Positions 53,858 through 62,830 of a stretch of 64,000 bases of DNA are shown here, one piece after another. Positions within the stretch are counted from its first letter, which is position 1. Each line of letters opens with the position of its first letter. The notes under the pieces are model-generated. The model was given only the letters and a program-made list of their open reading frames with translations. It did no database searches and was not told the DNA's origin. Position numbers and translations under genes: made by a program. Location: contig JAUWMQ010000003.1 in assembly GCA_030613065.1 (NCBI GenBank), positions 499-64,498 of the forward strand, written 5' to 3'. The stretch is from Candidatus Aegiribacteria sp. GTDB taxonomy: Bacteria > Fermentibacterota > Fermentibacteria > Fermentibacterales > JCC-6.

Positions 53858-54952
53858 TTATGCCGAAGGATGTTTTCTGAGGGACGAACCGGCTTCTTTA
53901 AAGACTACGATGGCTCCAAGTATCACAGGTATGTAGAGGATGAAGAAACGCTGAAGAAGAGTGAAGATGCCAAGTTTATCCGCGCTCATCACCGAAGCCA
54001 TAAGAGCTGCAATACTCAGTTCGGCCACACCACTCGCTCCGGGACTCGGAGAAAAAAAGCAGATAAAGAGAACCAGCGCCTGAATGCAGAGAACCTGAAC
54101 GAGATGTCCGGATGCCCCCAGTCCAAGCATTATGAAATAAGCAAGGAAGATTTTGTTCAGATAAAGCACGCAGGTGAGGAAGATTGCCAGGAGCAGGATG
54201 AACGGATGCTCATTGACGAAGAGTTTGCATGAGTCTTTGTACGTCGTAACTTCAGTGATGAGTTTATCAGTTATTCTGTTGATCCTGTTCTCGAACCTGG
54301 GCATCCAGGAACAGAGTTTCTTCGCAAGCCCTGTCGCAATCTTCAAGGCAAGGTCCGGTTTCAGTACTATCAGTATGAGAATGACAAGCTGAACAGCAAA
54401 TACGGTGAAACAGAAAACTATAAGATGATGCATCGTTTTACTGAATGAGTCGCTGAGTACACTGAGTGAGAGGCCTGCCGCTCCCATGAAAAAGACTAGT
54501 GTAGCAAGGTAGTTCAGAACGCCTACCGAAATCGATACTCCTACAGAAACCCCCGCTCTGTAGTAGATGTACAGCTGGGCTGGCCCTCCTCCGCTCTGAG
54601 ATGGGGTGACCGCTCCCATGAAGATGTTTGCCAGGTTAGCCCGGAAACTCACCATGAATCTAATTCCTGGAACAAGTTTCATGAAGTAGATATGATTCCG
54701 GATAGCACCCATGCACATATCGATTGAAGAGAGAACAAGGACTATTGCAAGATAACCGAGATTGAAGTTCTTGAGCGCTTCCATTGTATCGCCGGTATGC
54801 GTTCTCAGAAATATCACAGTGAGTGCGCCGACACTCAGAAGAATGAAGATGATAAACCCTTGACGGATTTTAGCTTTGTCGAATGTCTTTACGTCAGATG
54901 GCTGAGCAGTTGTCAGGTTTTCATGTTCATCAGACAAGTGAAACCCCGTCAA
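53858..54952 (-). CDS. Flippase-like / lysylphosphatidylglycerol-synthase TM-region (UPF0104) family membrane protein
   Basis: About 8 TM helices. The N-terminal pattern (a charged stretch, then 'FIIFILLSVGALTVIFL...LGYLAIVLVLSS') is typical of LPG_synthase_TM proteins. TTG start overlapping the upstream gene by 23 nt. Confidence 0.65.
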   Translation of the reverse strand: MTGFHLSDEHENLTTAQPSDVKTFDKAKIRQGFIIFILLSVGALTVIFLRTHTGDTMEALKNFNLGYLAIVLVLSSIDMCMGAIRNHIYFMKLVPGIRFMVSFRANLANIFMGAVTPSQSGGGPAQLYIYYRAGVSVGVSISVGVLNYLATLVFFMGAAGLSLSVLSDSFSKTMHHLIVFCFTVFAVQLVILILIVLKPDLALKIATGLAKKLCSWMPRFENRINRITDKLITEVTTYKDSCKLFVNEHPFILLLAIFLTCVLYLNKIFLAYFIMLGLGASGHLVQVLCIQALVLFICFFSPSPGASGVAELSIAALMASVMSADKLGIFTLLQRFFILYIPVILGAIVVFKEAGSSLRKHPSA

Positions 54953-56342
54953 TGTTATTCGGTACTTTCCGGCCGGCCCATTTCAGTATGGATGGGAAGA
55001 AATCTGCAGTTCTCGTTGCTCTGTTCATCCAGTCATTTCTGTTCATAATGAATGGAACGATCATATGTTCGCGGGAGAGTGAACCATGAGTTCCGTGATG
55101 TTCAGGCCATTCCCAGCTGTCTCTCAGATCGTATCCGTTTTTTGAAGTAACCAGAATATCGCCTGTACGTGAAGACAGAAATATCTGCGCGATCTGAACG
55201 AGAGCGTCAGGGTATTCGGAATCAATTGTTGCTTCAAGCGATTCCATCTGACTTAATGATTGTGACGTCTCTCCAAGTCCCAATGGGTCTCCGGTCTCGG
55301 GAAGGTATGTGAAGTCGTTCGCTGTTCTGATCACCAGTGCTCTGCCGCATGATCCTTCAACAGAGAATATCCTGTCCGATTCCCTCCATGCGAGAAAATC
55401 AATTTCCGGCATCTCGACAAGCTCGCGAAGAAGGGAACCCATTGAATCGTATACTTCACTGCCGTATAAAGGCCTGTCTGGAATGATATCATGCAGGTAT
55501 ACATGTCCCATGGCGTTGCCTGAGATCATTACAGAAACATTCGGCTTGTTTTTAAATATCAGCGGATACCTGAGAGTACTCAGTCCCCGTTGACTGAAGA
55601 AACCGGCAAGGTCGAGATGTGTATGCGTTGAAGTAAGCCCGTGGTCTGAAGAGATAATGAGAAGAGTGTTCTGCCATCTGTCCTGCCTCTTCAGTTTTGC
55701 CACCGCTTCTCCGATATATCCGTCAGCATTGATGTAAGCCTGAATAGTATCATCATCAAACGGGTCATGGATGTGTGAGAAGCTGTCAACAGCGGGAAAT
55801 ACGGCAAATATAAAATCGGGCCTGTCATCGAGACTCATCATTAACTTCTCATGGCCGGCGGCATCGACCTCGTGCCATTCGTCATTCAGGTGAGCCGTCA
55901 GGTAACTGAAAAGCTTGGTGTTCTTTGTGAGATTTCTGTCAGCGCCAAGGCTTCTGGTTATCATGGAGTAGATATTGCGTGAATTGTCGAAAAGCTCGTG
56001 AAGTGTGCTTCTGTCGGTTGGAAGATCACTGTTGAACCATGGTCCTTCAATACCATTGTAGCTTCGAAGGCGGTTCTTTCCAAACCTTTTACCTGCAAAC
56101 TCCTTCTTATCAAGCCATCTGATACCAGGGATGCCGACCGTACCGGGGAAGCAGCCCAGAAGGAATGGAAGGTATGCAGGGCCGGTCGTGGATGTGAAGC
56201 AGGAGGATGCCGTCCTGAAAACACCTGGCTCCACAACCTCTCTGCTGATGTTGGGCAGCCGCCCCTCATCCATCAGACGCTTCATAACATCCGGCCGGGC
56301 ACCATCTATCAGATAGAAAAGTACAAGAGAATCATTATTCAT
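54930..56342 (-). CDS. Alkaline-phosphatase-superfamily enzyme (nucleotide pyrophosphatase/phosphodiesterase-like)
   Basis: 'LFYLIDGARPD' (metal-binding Asp region), 'ISSDHGL', and 'HGTHG' near the C-terminus. Confidence 0.8.
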   Translation of the reverse strand: MNNDSLVLFYLIDGARPDVMKRLMDEGRLPNISREVVEPGVFRTASSCFTSTTGPAYLPFLLGCFPGTVGIPGIRWLDKKEFAGKRFGKNRLRSYNGIEGPWFNSDLPTDRSTLHELFDNSRNIYSMITRSLGADRNLTKNTKLFSYLTAHLNDEWHEVDAAGHEKLMMSLDDRPDFIFAVFPAVDSFSHIHDPFDDDTIQAYINADGYIGEAVAKLKRQDRWQNTLLIISSDHGLTSTHTHLDLAGFFSQRGLSTLRYPLIFKNKPNVSVMISGNAMGHVYLHDIIPDRPLYGSEVYDSMGSLLRELVEMPEIDFLAWRESDRIFSVEGSCGRALVIRTANDFTYLPETGDPLGLGETSQSLSQMESLEATIDSEYPDALVQIAQIFLSSRTGDILVTSKNGYDLRDSWEWPEHHGTHGSLSREHMIVPFIMNRNDWMNRATRTADFFPSILKWAGRKVPNNIDGVSLV

Positions 56343-56398
56343 CAGAATTTACCTGGTTTCCTCAATCTGAGTTCCGCCTTCATCTTCAGTAATCCAGG

Positions 56399-57601
56399 TC
56401 AGATGTTTTCTCGGACAACACCGGCCAGGCGTCTTACCCCTTCAGCGATCTGCTCCTCGCTGGCGAAACTGAAGTTCAGGCGCATACTCTGAAAATCGTC
56501 GTTATCAGGGAAGAAGGCGCTGCCTGGAACGTAGGCGACATTCTCATCGACGGCCTTCTGGAAAAGATCGTCTGTGCTCATTCCTTCCAGCAGCGTAAGC
56601 CAGAGGAATAACCCGCCTTCAGGTTTTGTCCATTTAACATCAGGCATGTCAGCGAATTCCTTCGCAAGGCATTCCAGCATGATATCTTTCTTGTTGCTGT
56701 AAAGCTCGATTGTCTTCTCAAGCCCCTTCTCAAGGGCTCCATTCACAAGCATAGCATGCGTAATAGCCTGGTTGAAAGGTGGGGTGCAGAGGTCAACTGC
56801 CTGCTTGGCCATCACCATCTTATCGACAATCCAGTCCGGCCCGCACGCCCATCCAAGACGGAAGCCGGGCAGCAGTATCTTCGAGAATGTATACAGGGAG
56901 ATAACCATATCCGGGGCAATGGACTGGAATGTGGGCTGGTCTTCACCACTGTATCTCAGCTGCCTGTAGGGAGTATCTTCAACTATCAGATATTCGCCCT
57001 TCCGGGCAATTTCAAGAATTTTCCGCCTTCTTGATTCAGGAATTGTGACACCTGCAGGGTTCTGGAAATCCGGAATTATGTATATGAACCTCGGCCTGCG
57101 GTCTTCACGTTCAAGCTTTTCAATAGTCTCCTGAAGTTTCTCAGGTATCATTCCGTGATCATCCAGCTCAACACCTACAGGTACTCCCTGGTAACTCTTG
57201 AAAGCCTGTAGACCGCCCAGGTAAGTAGGAGAACCGGTTATACAGGTATCACCAGGATTTAAGAAGATTTTTGCAATGAGATCAAGCCCCTGCTGCGAGG
57301 CAGTTGTAATAAGAATGTGGTCAGCAGAAGTCTTGATTCCGTCTGCTCGCATGATTATTGCAAGATCCTCGCGGAGTCTTGCATCTCCTTCCGTGGGACC
57401 GTACTGAAGTGCTGTGGTGTGTTCATTCTCGATTACACTGTCAACAGCAGCTTCAACATATTTTACAGGAAAAGTAGCAGGTGCAGGCAATCCTCCGGCA
57501 AATGAAATTATCCCCGGTTTTGCAGTCAATTTGAGCAGTTCTCTGATAACTGACCTCTTCATTCCCACGGCGCGGTCTGAAAAGTAATCCTGTCTGTTCA
57601 C
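56399..57601 (-). CDS. PLP-dependent aminotransferase, class I/II (2-aminoadipate/aromatic type)
   Basis: 'ISFAGGLPAP' and PLP-Lys motif 'TFSKILLPGFRLGWA'. GTG 57601 is preceded by a GGAAGGAG Shine-Dalgarno; the ORF-track TTG 57643 has none. Confidence 0.88.
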   Translation of the reverse strand: MNRQDYFSDRAVGMKRSVIRELLKLTAKPGIISFAGGLPAPATFPVKYVEAAVDSVIENEHTTALQYGPTEGDARLREDLAIIMRADGIKTSADHILITTASQQGLDLIAKIFLNPGDTCITGSPTYLGGLQAFKSYQGVPVGVELDDHGMIPEKLQETIEKLEREDRRPRFIYIIPDFQNPAGVTIPESRRRKILEIARKGEYLIVEDTPYRQLRYSGEDQPTFQSIAPDMVISLYTFSKILLPGFRLGWACGPDWIVDKMVMAKQAVDLCTPPFNQAITHAMLVNGALEKGLEKTIELYSNKKDIMLECLAKEFADMPDVKWTKPEGGLFLWLTLLEGMSTDDLFQKAVDENVAYVPGSAFFPDNDDFQSMRLNFSFASEEQIAEGVRRLAGVVRENI

Positions 57602-57760
57602 TTGTTGACTCCTTCCACTAACCTTAACAATGTGTTCATACAATATCGTATTATATACACTGTATGAATATGACCAAATCTGTGTATCTCAATAAACATT
57701 AAGCAGTAATACAAATAACTACATAAAAACATGGTACGTATGACTATATGGAGGTTCTTG

Positions 57761-58240
57761 ATGATTCGCATTCCGATCGGGATTATCATCGGTTTCTGTC
57801 TGGTGCCATTGCTGGTGGTTTCCTGCGGTTCTTCTCACGATACAGGTTCAAGCGCACCGGCTGATCCTGATGAGATAATGGTTCCCGATAGCTTACCTGA
57901 TCCAACGACAGCCTCTGGTGTCGAATTCCTCAAGGCCTCGCATATTCTGATAACCTGGTCCCCAATCGAAGACAACTTGTCTCAAACAGAGGAGGACGCT
58001 CTGAATCAAATCCAGAATATTCAGGATGAAATACTTACCGGGCAGGCAACTTTCGAGGAAATGGCCTTCAATTATTCCCACTGCACTTCAGCGGCTGACA
58101 GCGGAAGATTGCCCGATTTCACTAGTGGAGCCATTACAGAGGAATTGGACAGCACTCTCTTCGCACTGGAACCTGGAGAAATATCCGGGATTATCAGAAC
58201 TCGTTTCGGCTTCCACCTTGTGAAAAGGCTGGAAAGTTAA
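57761..58240 (+). CDS. Parvulin-type peptidyl-prolyl isomerase lipoprotein (single rotamase domain)
   Basis: ATG 57761 with a GGAGG Shine-Dalgarno. Lipobox 'LLVVSCG'. 'ASHILI...HCTSAADSGRLPDF...LEPGEISGIIRTRFGFHLV'. Confidence 0.8.
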   Translation: MIRIPIGIIIGFCLVPLLVVSCGSSHDTGSSAPADPDEIMVPDSLPDPTTASGVEFLKASHILITWSPIEDNLSQTEEDALNQIQNIQDEILTGQATFEEMAFNYSHCTSAADSGRLPDFTSGAITEELDSTLFALEPGEISGIIRTRFGFHLVKRLES

Positions 58241-58242
58241 TC

Positions 58243-59220
58243 TTGGAGTGTTTCAGAAGTAGAGTTGAAGAGGGGGAGAACGGGTTTCGTCTTGATACAT
58301 ATCTTGTTATGCAGGATGACATCGAAGAGAGCCGGAGCTACATAAGTACACTTATCTCCAATGGTCATGTGTCTATAGATAATGTTCCAGTTACAAAACC
58401 CTCATACAGCGTTCAATTTAACCAGGAGATACTGCTGGAAATTCCCGATGCGATTCCAGTCGATCTCTCTCCTGAGAATATCGAACTGGATATTGTCTAC
58501 GAAGACGAGCACCTGATTGTGTTGAACAAGCAGGCAGGTCTTGTGATTCATCCTTCAGGAACCTGCAAGAGCGGAACCCTCGTTAATGCGCTGCTTGCCC
58601 ACTGTGATAACCTTTCCGGTATCTCAGGTGAACTGCGCCCCGGAATCGTACACAGGCTTGATAAGGATACCACAGGCTTGATGATGGCAGCCAAGGACAA
58701 TATTACACACCGTGGCCTGTCAGCTCAGCTATCCTCAAGAACTGTTACTCGTCGTTACATCGCGCTTGTCTGGCATTCACCTGTACCGGATACTGATAGA
58801 ATCGATGCGCCGATAGGACGCGATCTGAATAACAGACAGAGGATGACTGTGCTCCAATCCGGGAAACGTGCTGTCACCAATTACCGTGTCCTGCGCAGGT
58901 TCAGGCATACAAGCATGATCGAGTGCAGGCTCGAGACAGGCAGGACCCATCAGATCAGGGTTCACCTCTCGGTCAGAAAGGGCTGCCCGATAATTGCTGA
59001 TGAGAAGTACGGGGGGGTCAATCCAACGGGAATACCCTCAACAGTCCGTAACAGAGAACTGCTGAACGATGTGCTCCGAATTGCCACACATCAGATGCTC
59101 CACGCGGAGACGCTTGGCTTCATTCACCCGGTTACAGGCATCGAAATGGAATTCAACGAAGCCCCGCCCCTGGAGTTCAGGCTGGTGATGAGACGTCTTG
59201 AAAAGGACATGAATGACTGA
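58243..59220 (+). CDS. rluD: 23S rRNA pseudouridine synthase, RluD/RluA family
   Basis: S4 domain 'RLDTYL...SRSYISTLISNGHVSIDN' and catalytic 'HRLDKDTTGLMM'. Confidence 0.92.
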   Translation: MECFRSRVEEGENGFRLDTYLVMQDDIEESRSYISTLISNGHVSIDNVPVTKPSYSVQFNQEILLEIPDAIPVDLSPENIELDIVYEDEHLIVLNKQAGLVIHPSGTCKSGTLVNALLAHCDNLSGISGELRPGIVHRLDKDTTGLMMAAKDNITHRGLSAQLSSRTVTRRYIALVWHSPVPDTDRIDAPIGRDLNNRQRMTVLQSGKRAVTNYRVLRRFRHTSMIECRLETGRTHQIRVHLSVRKGCPIIADEKYGGVNPTGIPSTVRNRELLNDVLRIATHQMLHAETLGFIHPVTGIEMEFNEAPPLEFRLVMRRLEKDMND

Positions 59221-59794
59221 TACGGCCTATTCAAGCCTTCTATTTGCAGGGCTCATCGCAGGTCCCGCTTCAGCATTCATTGTCGACATCCGGATACTTC
59301 CCTTCTATCTGATATTTCCCGTATTAGGTCTCTGCGGTAAGAAAGGTACATTGAAAATACTCATCCTGGTCACAGCCCCGGTTTTAATACTGCTGTGGGG
59401 AGCAGCTTCCGGCAACAGTATTCTGATTGAAAGATCACTCAGGTGGATAGCCGCCGTTGCCACGGGAGCATCCATGTCCGGGGCACTGGGAGCTTCAAGA
59501 ACATCAGAACTCCTGTTCTCAGTCTCAAGAAGGGTGAGCCTTGGAGGATTACCGGAGAGCCTCGCCATGGCAGTATCCCTTGCAGGTCCTTTTTCAGAGA
59601 AGATAAAAGCAGTATTTATTGATAGCAGGAAGAACGGCAGAAATTACAGTGATTCTCTTACCACTGCACTCTCTTCGGTAAGCGAGATCGATATGATGAA
59701 GAAAGGCAGCATGAGCAGGCAGAACATGCTTTCAGCAATGACGGCAACTCTGGCCTGGCTGGTTTTTCTGGCCGGAATCATGCAGGTACTGTAG
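59213..59794 (+). CDS. Small polytopic membrane protein (weak EcfT/CbiQ-like features)
   Basis: Overlaps the rluD stop (ATGACTGA). Four to five TM helices. Its position directly upstream of truA mirrors the ecfT-truA synteny. Confidence 0.4.
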   Translation: MTDTAYSSLLFAGLIAGPASAFIVDIRILPFYLIFPVLGLCGKKGTLKILILVTAPVLILLWGAASGNSILIERSLRWIAAVATGASMSGALGASRTSELLFSVSRRVSLGGLPESLAMAVSLAGPFSEKIKAVFIDSRKNGRNYSDSLTTALSSVSEIDMMKKGSMSRQNMLSAMTATLAWLVFLAGIMQVL

Positions 59795-59797
59795 ATC

Positions 59798-60538
59798 ATG
59801 AATGTTATCAGGATAAAAATGCAGATTGAATATGATGGAACCGATTTCTCCGGATGGCAGTTTCAGCCGGAGGCAAGAACCGTACAGGGAGATATTGAAA
59901 CCGTTCTCGAGAAACTCTGCAATAGAAGGATTGCCATATCCGGGTCAGGCAGAACCGATGCGGGAGTGCATGCTCTGGGGCAGGTTGCCCATGCTGATAT
60001 CAGAATTGATGAACTGGAGAGGGTAAAAACAGGTTTGCCCGCGATGCTTCCCGATGATATCGCAGTGACCGAAGTGCAGGAAGTTGACAGTTCCTTTCAT
60101 GCAAGATTCCAGGCGGTATCAAGGCTTTACAGGTACCGAATTGAAAAATTCAAGCACCCTCTCATGAACCGTTACTGCCATACATTCGCACTCGAACGGG
60201 AACTTCATACGGCTGATATGCAGAGAGCCGCGTCACTTTCCTTGGGTAAAAACGACTGGATGTCGATGGCAAAGGAAGGAAGCGGTAATTCCGACTGGAT
60301 TGTCAATGTGATCAGCGCGGATGTAATGGAGGATAAGTCGGGCTGGACATTCCTTATCCGGGCAAACAGGTTCCTTAGAGGGATGGTCAGGATCTGGGCC
60401 GGAACACTTGTCAGTATCGGTTCCGGATCGGCCCCGCCCGGGATCATAACTGAGCTTCTTGAAACTAAGAACCGTGAGAAGGCCGGTGTATCACTCCCTG
60501 GCAAGGGGCTGACACTTATGGAGGTGAAGTACAATTGA
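59798..60538 (+). CDS. truA: tRNA pseudouridine(38-40) synthase
   Basis: 'IEYDGTDFSGWQFQ' and 'GSGRTDAGVHALGQVAH'. Confidence 0.95.
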   Translation: MNVIRIKMQIEYDGTDFSGWQFQPEARTVQGDIETVLEKLCNRRIAISGSGRTDAGVHALGQVAHADIRIDELERVKTGLPAMLPDDIAVTEVQEVDSSFHARFQAVSRLYRYRIEKFKHPLMNRYCHTFALERELHTADMQRAASLSLGKNDWMSMAKEGSGNSDWIVNVISADVMEDKSGWTFLIRANRFLRGMVRIWAGTLVSIGSGSAPPGIITELLETKNREKAGVSLPGKGLTLMEVKYN

Positions 60539-61479
60539 GTACTGATTTCAATAGAGAGAAGCTAATACTGAAACCCCTGTCTGAGCGAGCCAGCAGGGTT
60601 GATTCCAGCCTTCTGCTGCGGAATCCAAAAAATAAGGATAGTGTTGAATTCGTCAGATCATTGCCGGACATGCTTGCAGTAAGAGACATGAGGAAACTTG
60701 CCAGGGCCATAATTAAAGCAAAGAGTACAGGAGCTGCAAGGATTTTCATGTACGGTGGTCATGTGATAAAATGCGGACTCGGCCCTCTTCTGGTGAAGTG
60801 GATTAAGAACGGCACGATAAACTGCCTTGCTACTAACGGGGCCGGCACCATCCATGATATGGAGATGGCTCTCTTCGGCGAGACTTCAGAGGACGTGGAA
60901 GCGGGAATTAAAGATGGCAGTTTCGGCATGTGGCAGGAAATCGGAGAAGTCTATTCGAAAGCGATCAACACAGCTTACAGCAATAACCTTGGACTTGGTG
61001 AAGCCCTGGGCAACGAGATTCTACAAAGAAAAGGTAATACCGCGATAAGCCCCCTTGCCGCAGCATGTGAAGCGGGTATTCCGGTAACCGTTCACCCGGC
61101 ACTGGGTGGAGATATTATCCATCCCTATCCAGATGTAAGCTGGGAAAAACTCGCCAGGGCCGCAGAGAAAGATTTTGACCTGCTGGGGGAGAGGATCACA
61201 CAACTGACATCGGGGGTTGTCATTAACGCAGGCTCCGCTGTCATCATGCCCGAAGTATTCCTGAAACTCCTGACATCAGCGATCAATCTTGGTCACGACA
61301 TCAGTGATATTGCAGCCGCAAGCTTTGACATGATAAGGCAGTACAGATCTTTGAACAATGTAGTCTTCAGGCCAACGAAGGCACTGGGAGGAGAACAGAT
61401 GGTTCTTACCGGTCATCATGAATTGATGCTGCCGCTTCTGGATGTTTTTCTGGAAGCAGAGGAGGGTGGTAATGAATAA
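60535..61479 (+). CDS. Deoxyhypusine synthase-like family protein (tentative)
   Basis: 'MYGGHVIKCGLGPLLVKWIKNGTINCLATNGAGTIHDME' resembles the DHS-like Rossmann core. TTG start overlapping the truA stop. Confidence 0.4.
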   Translation: MSTDFNREKLILKPLSERASRVDSSLLLRNPKNKDSVEFVRSLPDMLAVRDMRKLARAIIKAKSTGAARIFMYGGHVIKCGLGPLLVKWIKNGTINCLATNGAGTIHDMEMALFGETSEDVEAGIKDGSFGMWQEIGEVYSKAINTAYSNNLGLGEALGNEILQRKGNTAISPLAAACEAGIPVTVHPALGGDIIHPYPDVSWEKLARAAEKDFDLLGERITQLTSGVVINAGSAVIMPEVFLKLLTSAINLGHDISDIAAASFDMIRQYRSLNNVVFRPTKALGGEQMVLTGHHELMLPLLDVFLEAEEGGNE

Positions 61480-61930
61480 ATTAGTATTGATGTTCCTGAT
61501 TCCTGTTCTGATTCTTTCAGCATGTGGCGATACCACTGTAACACCGGATACTACTGATCAGACCGCTGCAACTGGCCCCATCGATCCCTACGGCGACCCC
61601 CCCGGTTACACGGGAGATCCCTTTGAGAGTTTTCCAGAAGTAATTGCCGTAAGTATCCCTGGTGACGTACCTGAGGAATACGAGGAAGAGATTCTATCAG
61701 GAACCCATTTTACAGTGCAGATTTCAGCGGCAACATCAGAAGAAACCGCATTGCGCCTGGCGGAATCGGTTTCCGCGGAAATCAATCATCCCGTATTTAT
61801 AGATCATCAGAGTGGATACTGGAAAGTCAGAGTCGGCGCCTTCCCCGCAAGGGATGATGCCGTTGATTACGCTCAGGTTCTTGTGAACATGGGTTTCACG
61901 GACGCCTGGGTCACAACAAGAGAACCCTGA
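61472..61930 (+). CDS. SPOR-domain lipoprotein
   Basis: ATG 61472 with a GGAGGG Shine-Dalgarno. Lipobox 'LILSACG'. C-terminal 'FTVQISAATSEETALRLAE...YWKVRVGAFPARDDAVDYAQVL' is a SPOR domain. Confidence 0.8.
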   Translation: MNKLVLMFLIPVLILSACGDTTVTPDTTDQTAATGPIDPYGDPPGYTGDPFESFPEVIAVSIPGDVPEEYEEEILSGTHFTVQISAATSEETALRLAESVSAEINHPVFIDHQSGYWKVRVGAFPARDDAVDYAQVLVNMGFTDAWVTTREP

Positions 61931-62153
61931 CCTTGACAGAAGAGCCTTATATTGCGATATAACCAACCGCTCCGGCAGCGGAGTCTGAGTAGAAATTAAG
62001 CGAAATCAATCGCTTGTCAGGATATAAATAAACTTTTCGCGGGCAACCGAGCATTTGTGAGGTTCCCCGCTCTTAATAGAGCGCTGAGAATTGCGAAGTG
62101 GGAAACTGACTCGTTCAGTTCCCCGCTCGTAACAGAGCGAAGAACATTACCGA

Positions 62154-62228
62154 GCGGGAATAGCTCAGTGGTAGAGCCCTACCTTGCCAAGGTAGCTGTC
62201 GCGGGTTCAAGTCCCGTTTCCCGCTCCA
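62154..62228 (+). tRNA. tRNA-Gly (anticodon GCC), CCA encoded
   Basis: Hand-folded: acceptor GCGGGAA/TTCCCGC, anticodon stem CTACC/GGTAG with loop TTGCCAA, and T arm GCGGG-TTCAAGT-CCCGT. Confidence 0.92.
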
Positions 62229-62235
62229 GGTGTAA

Positions 62236-62274
62236 AAGAGAGCAACCATTACAACCGGTTGCTCTCTTTTGTTT
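62236..62274 (+). terminator. Rho-independent terminator after tRNA-Gly
   Basis: AGAGAGCAACC-attacaacc-GGTTGCTCTCT followed by TTTTGTTT. Confidence 0.75.
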
Positions 62275-62371
62275 GGCTGACGCGGGGACGTCGACTGGTT
62301 AATTCACATGTTTCTCGTATCCCGCTCTGCAACTGCAAACATACCGAATGTTGACTTAGTTGAGATGAAGA

Positions 62372-62795
62372 ATGAATGACGATAATCACAAATGGGAGCC
62401 GCTGTCGGTTGAAGAAGTAGTCGATCTGATGTCGGGTCTGCAAGTCCCCTGGTGGATAGCCGGAGGTTGGGCAATCGACCTTTTCCTGGGCCGCCAGACG
62501 AGAGCACACGGAGATACGGATGTGCTTATTCGAAGGGATGACCAACTGCGAAGTCCAGAGGCATCTCATCATCTGGGATCTGTACAAGGCAAAGGCGCAA
62601 ACACTGGCCAGGGACCAGTCGGACTTCGATCTCGCCTTGCCACGCATGACCCTCGAAGCACGGGCATGGCTTCTACGCCATCTTGAGAAAAGGTTCCCTG
62701 AAGGGCATGCCTGGATTACCATCCTGAGAGGAATAATAGTACAGCAACCGGGTAGAGGCGACGCGGCAGACAGCGCACCTCACCCTGAGCGTTAG
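62372..62795 (+). pseudogene. Decayed ANT(2'')-like nucleotidyltransferase (frameshift plus internal deletion)
   Basis: 'VPWWIAGGWAIDLFLGRQTRAHGDTDVLIRRDDQL' matches the N-terminus of the aminoglycoside-2''-adenylyltransferase-like family. The continuation 'EVQRHL..WDLYKAKA...DFDLALPRMTLEARAWL...HAW' is in another frame (62520-62795), and the middle ~90 aa of typical members is missing. Confidence 0.55.
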
Positions 62796-62830
62796 CTGGC
62801 GATAAAATCTCGGAATGTTAAACGGAGGTT

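Noticed and set aside
62061-62274. The upstream tRNA-like repeats as attL/attR of an island integrated into tRNA-Gly
   Set aside because: Integration at a tRNA 3' end leaves the partial tRNA copy downstream of the island, not upstream of the intact tRNA. No integrase is nearby. I kept it only as a low-interest observation of decayed tRNA-like sequence.
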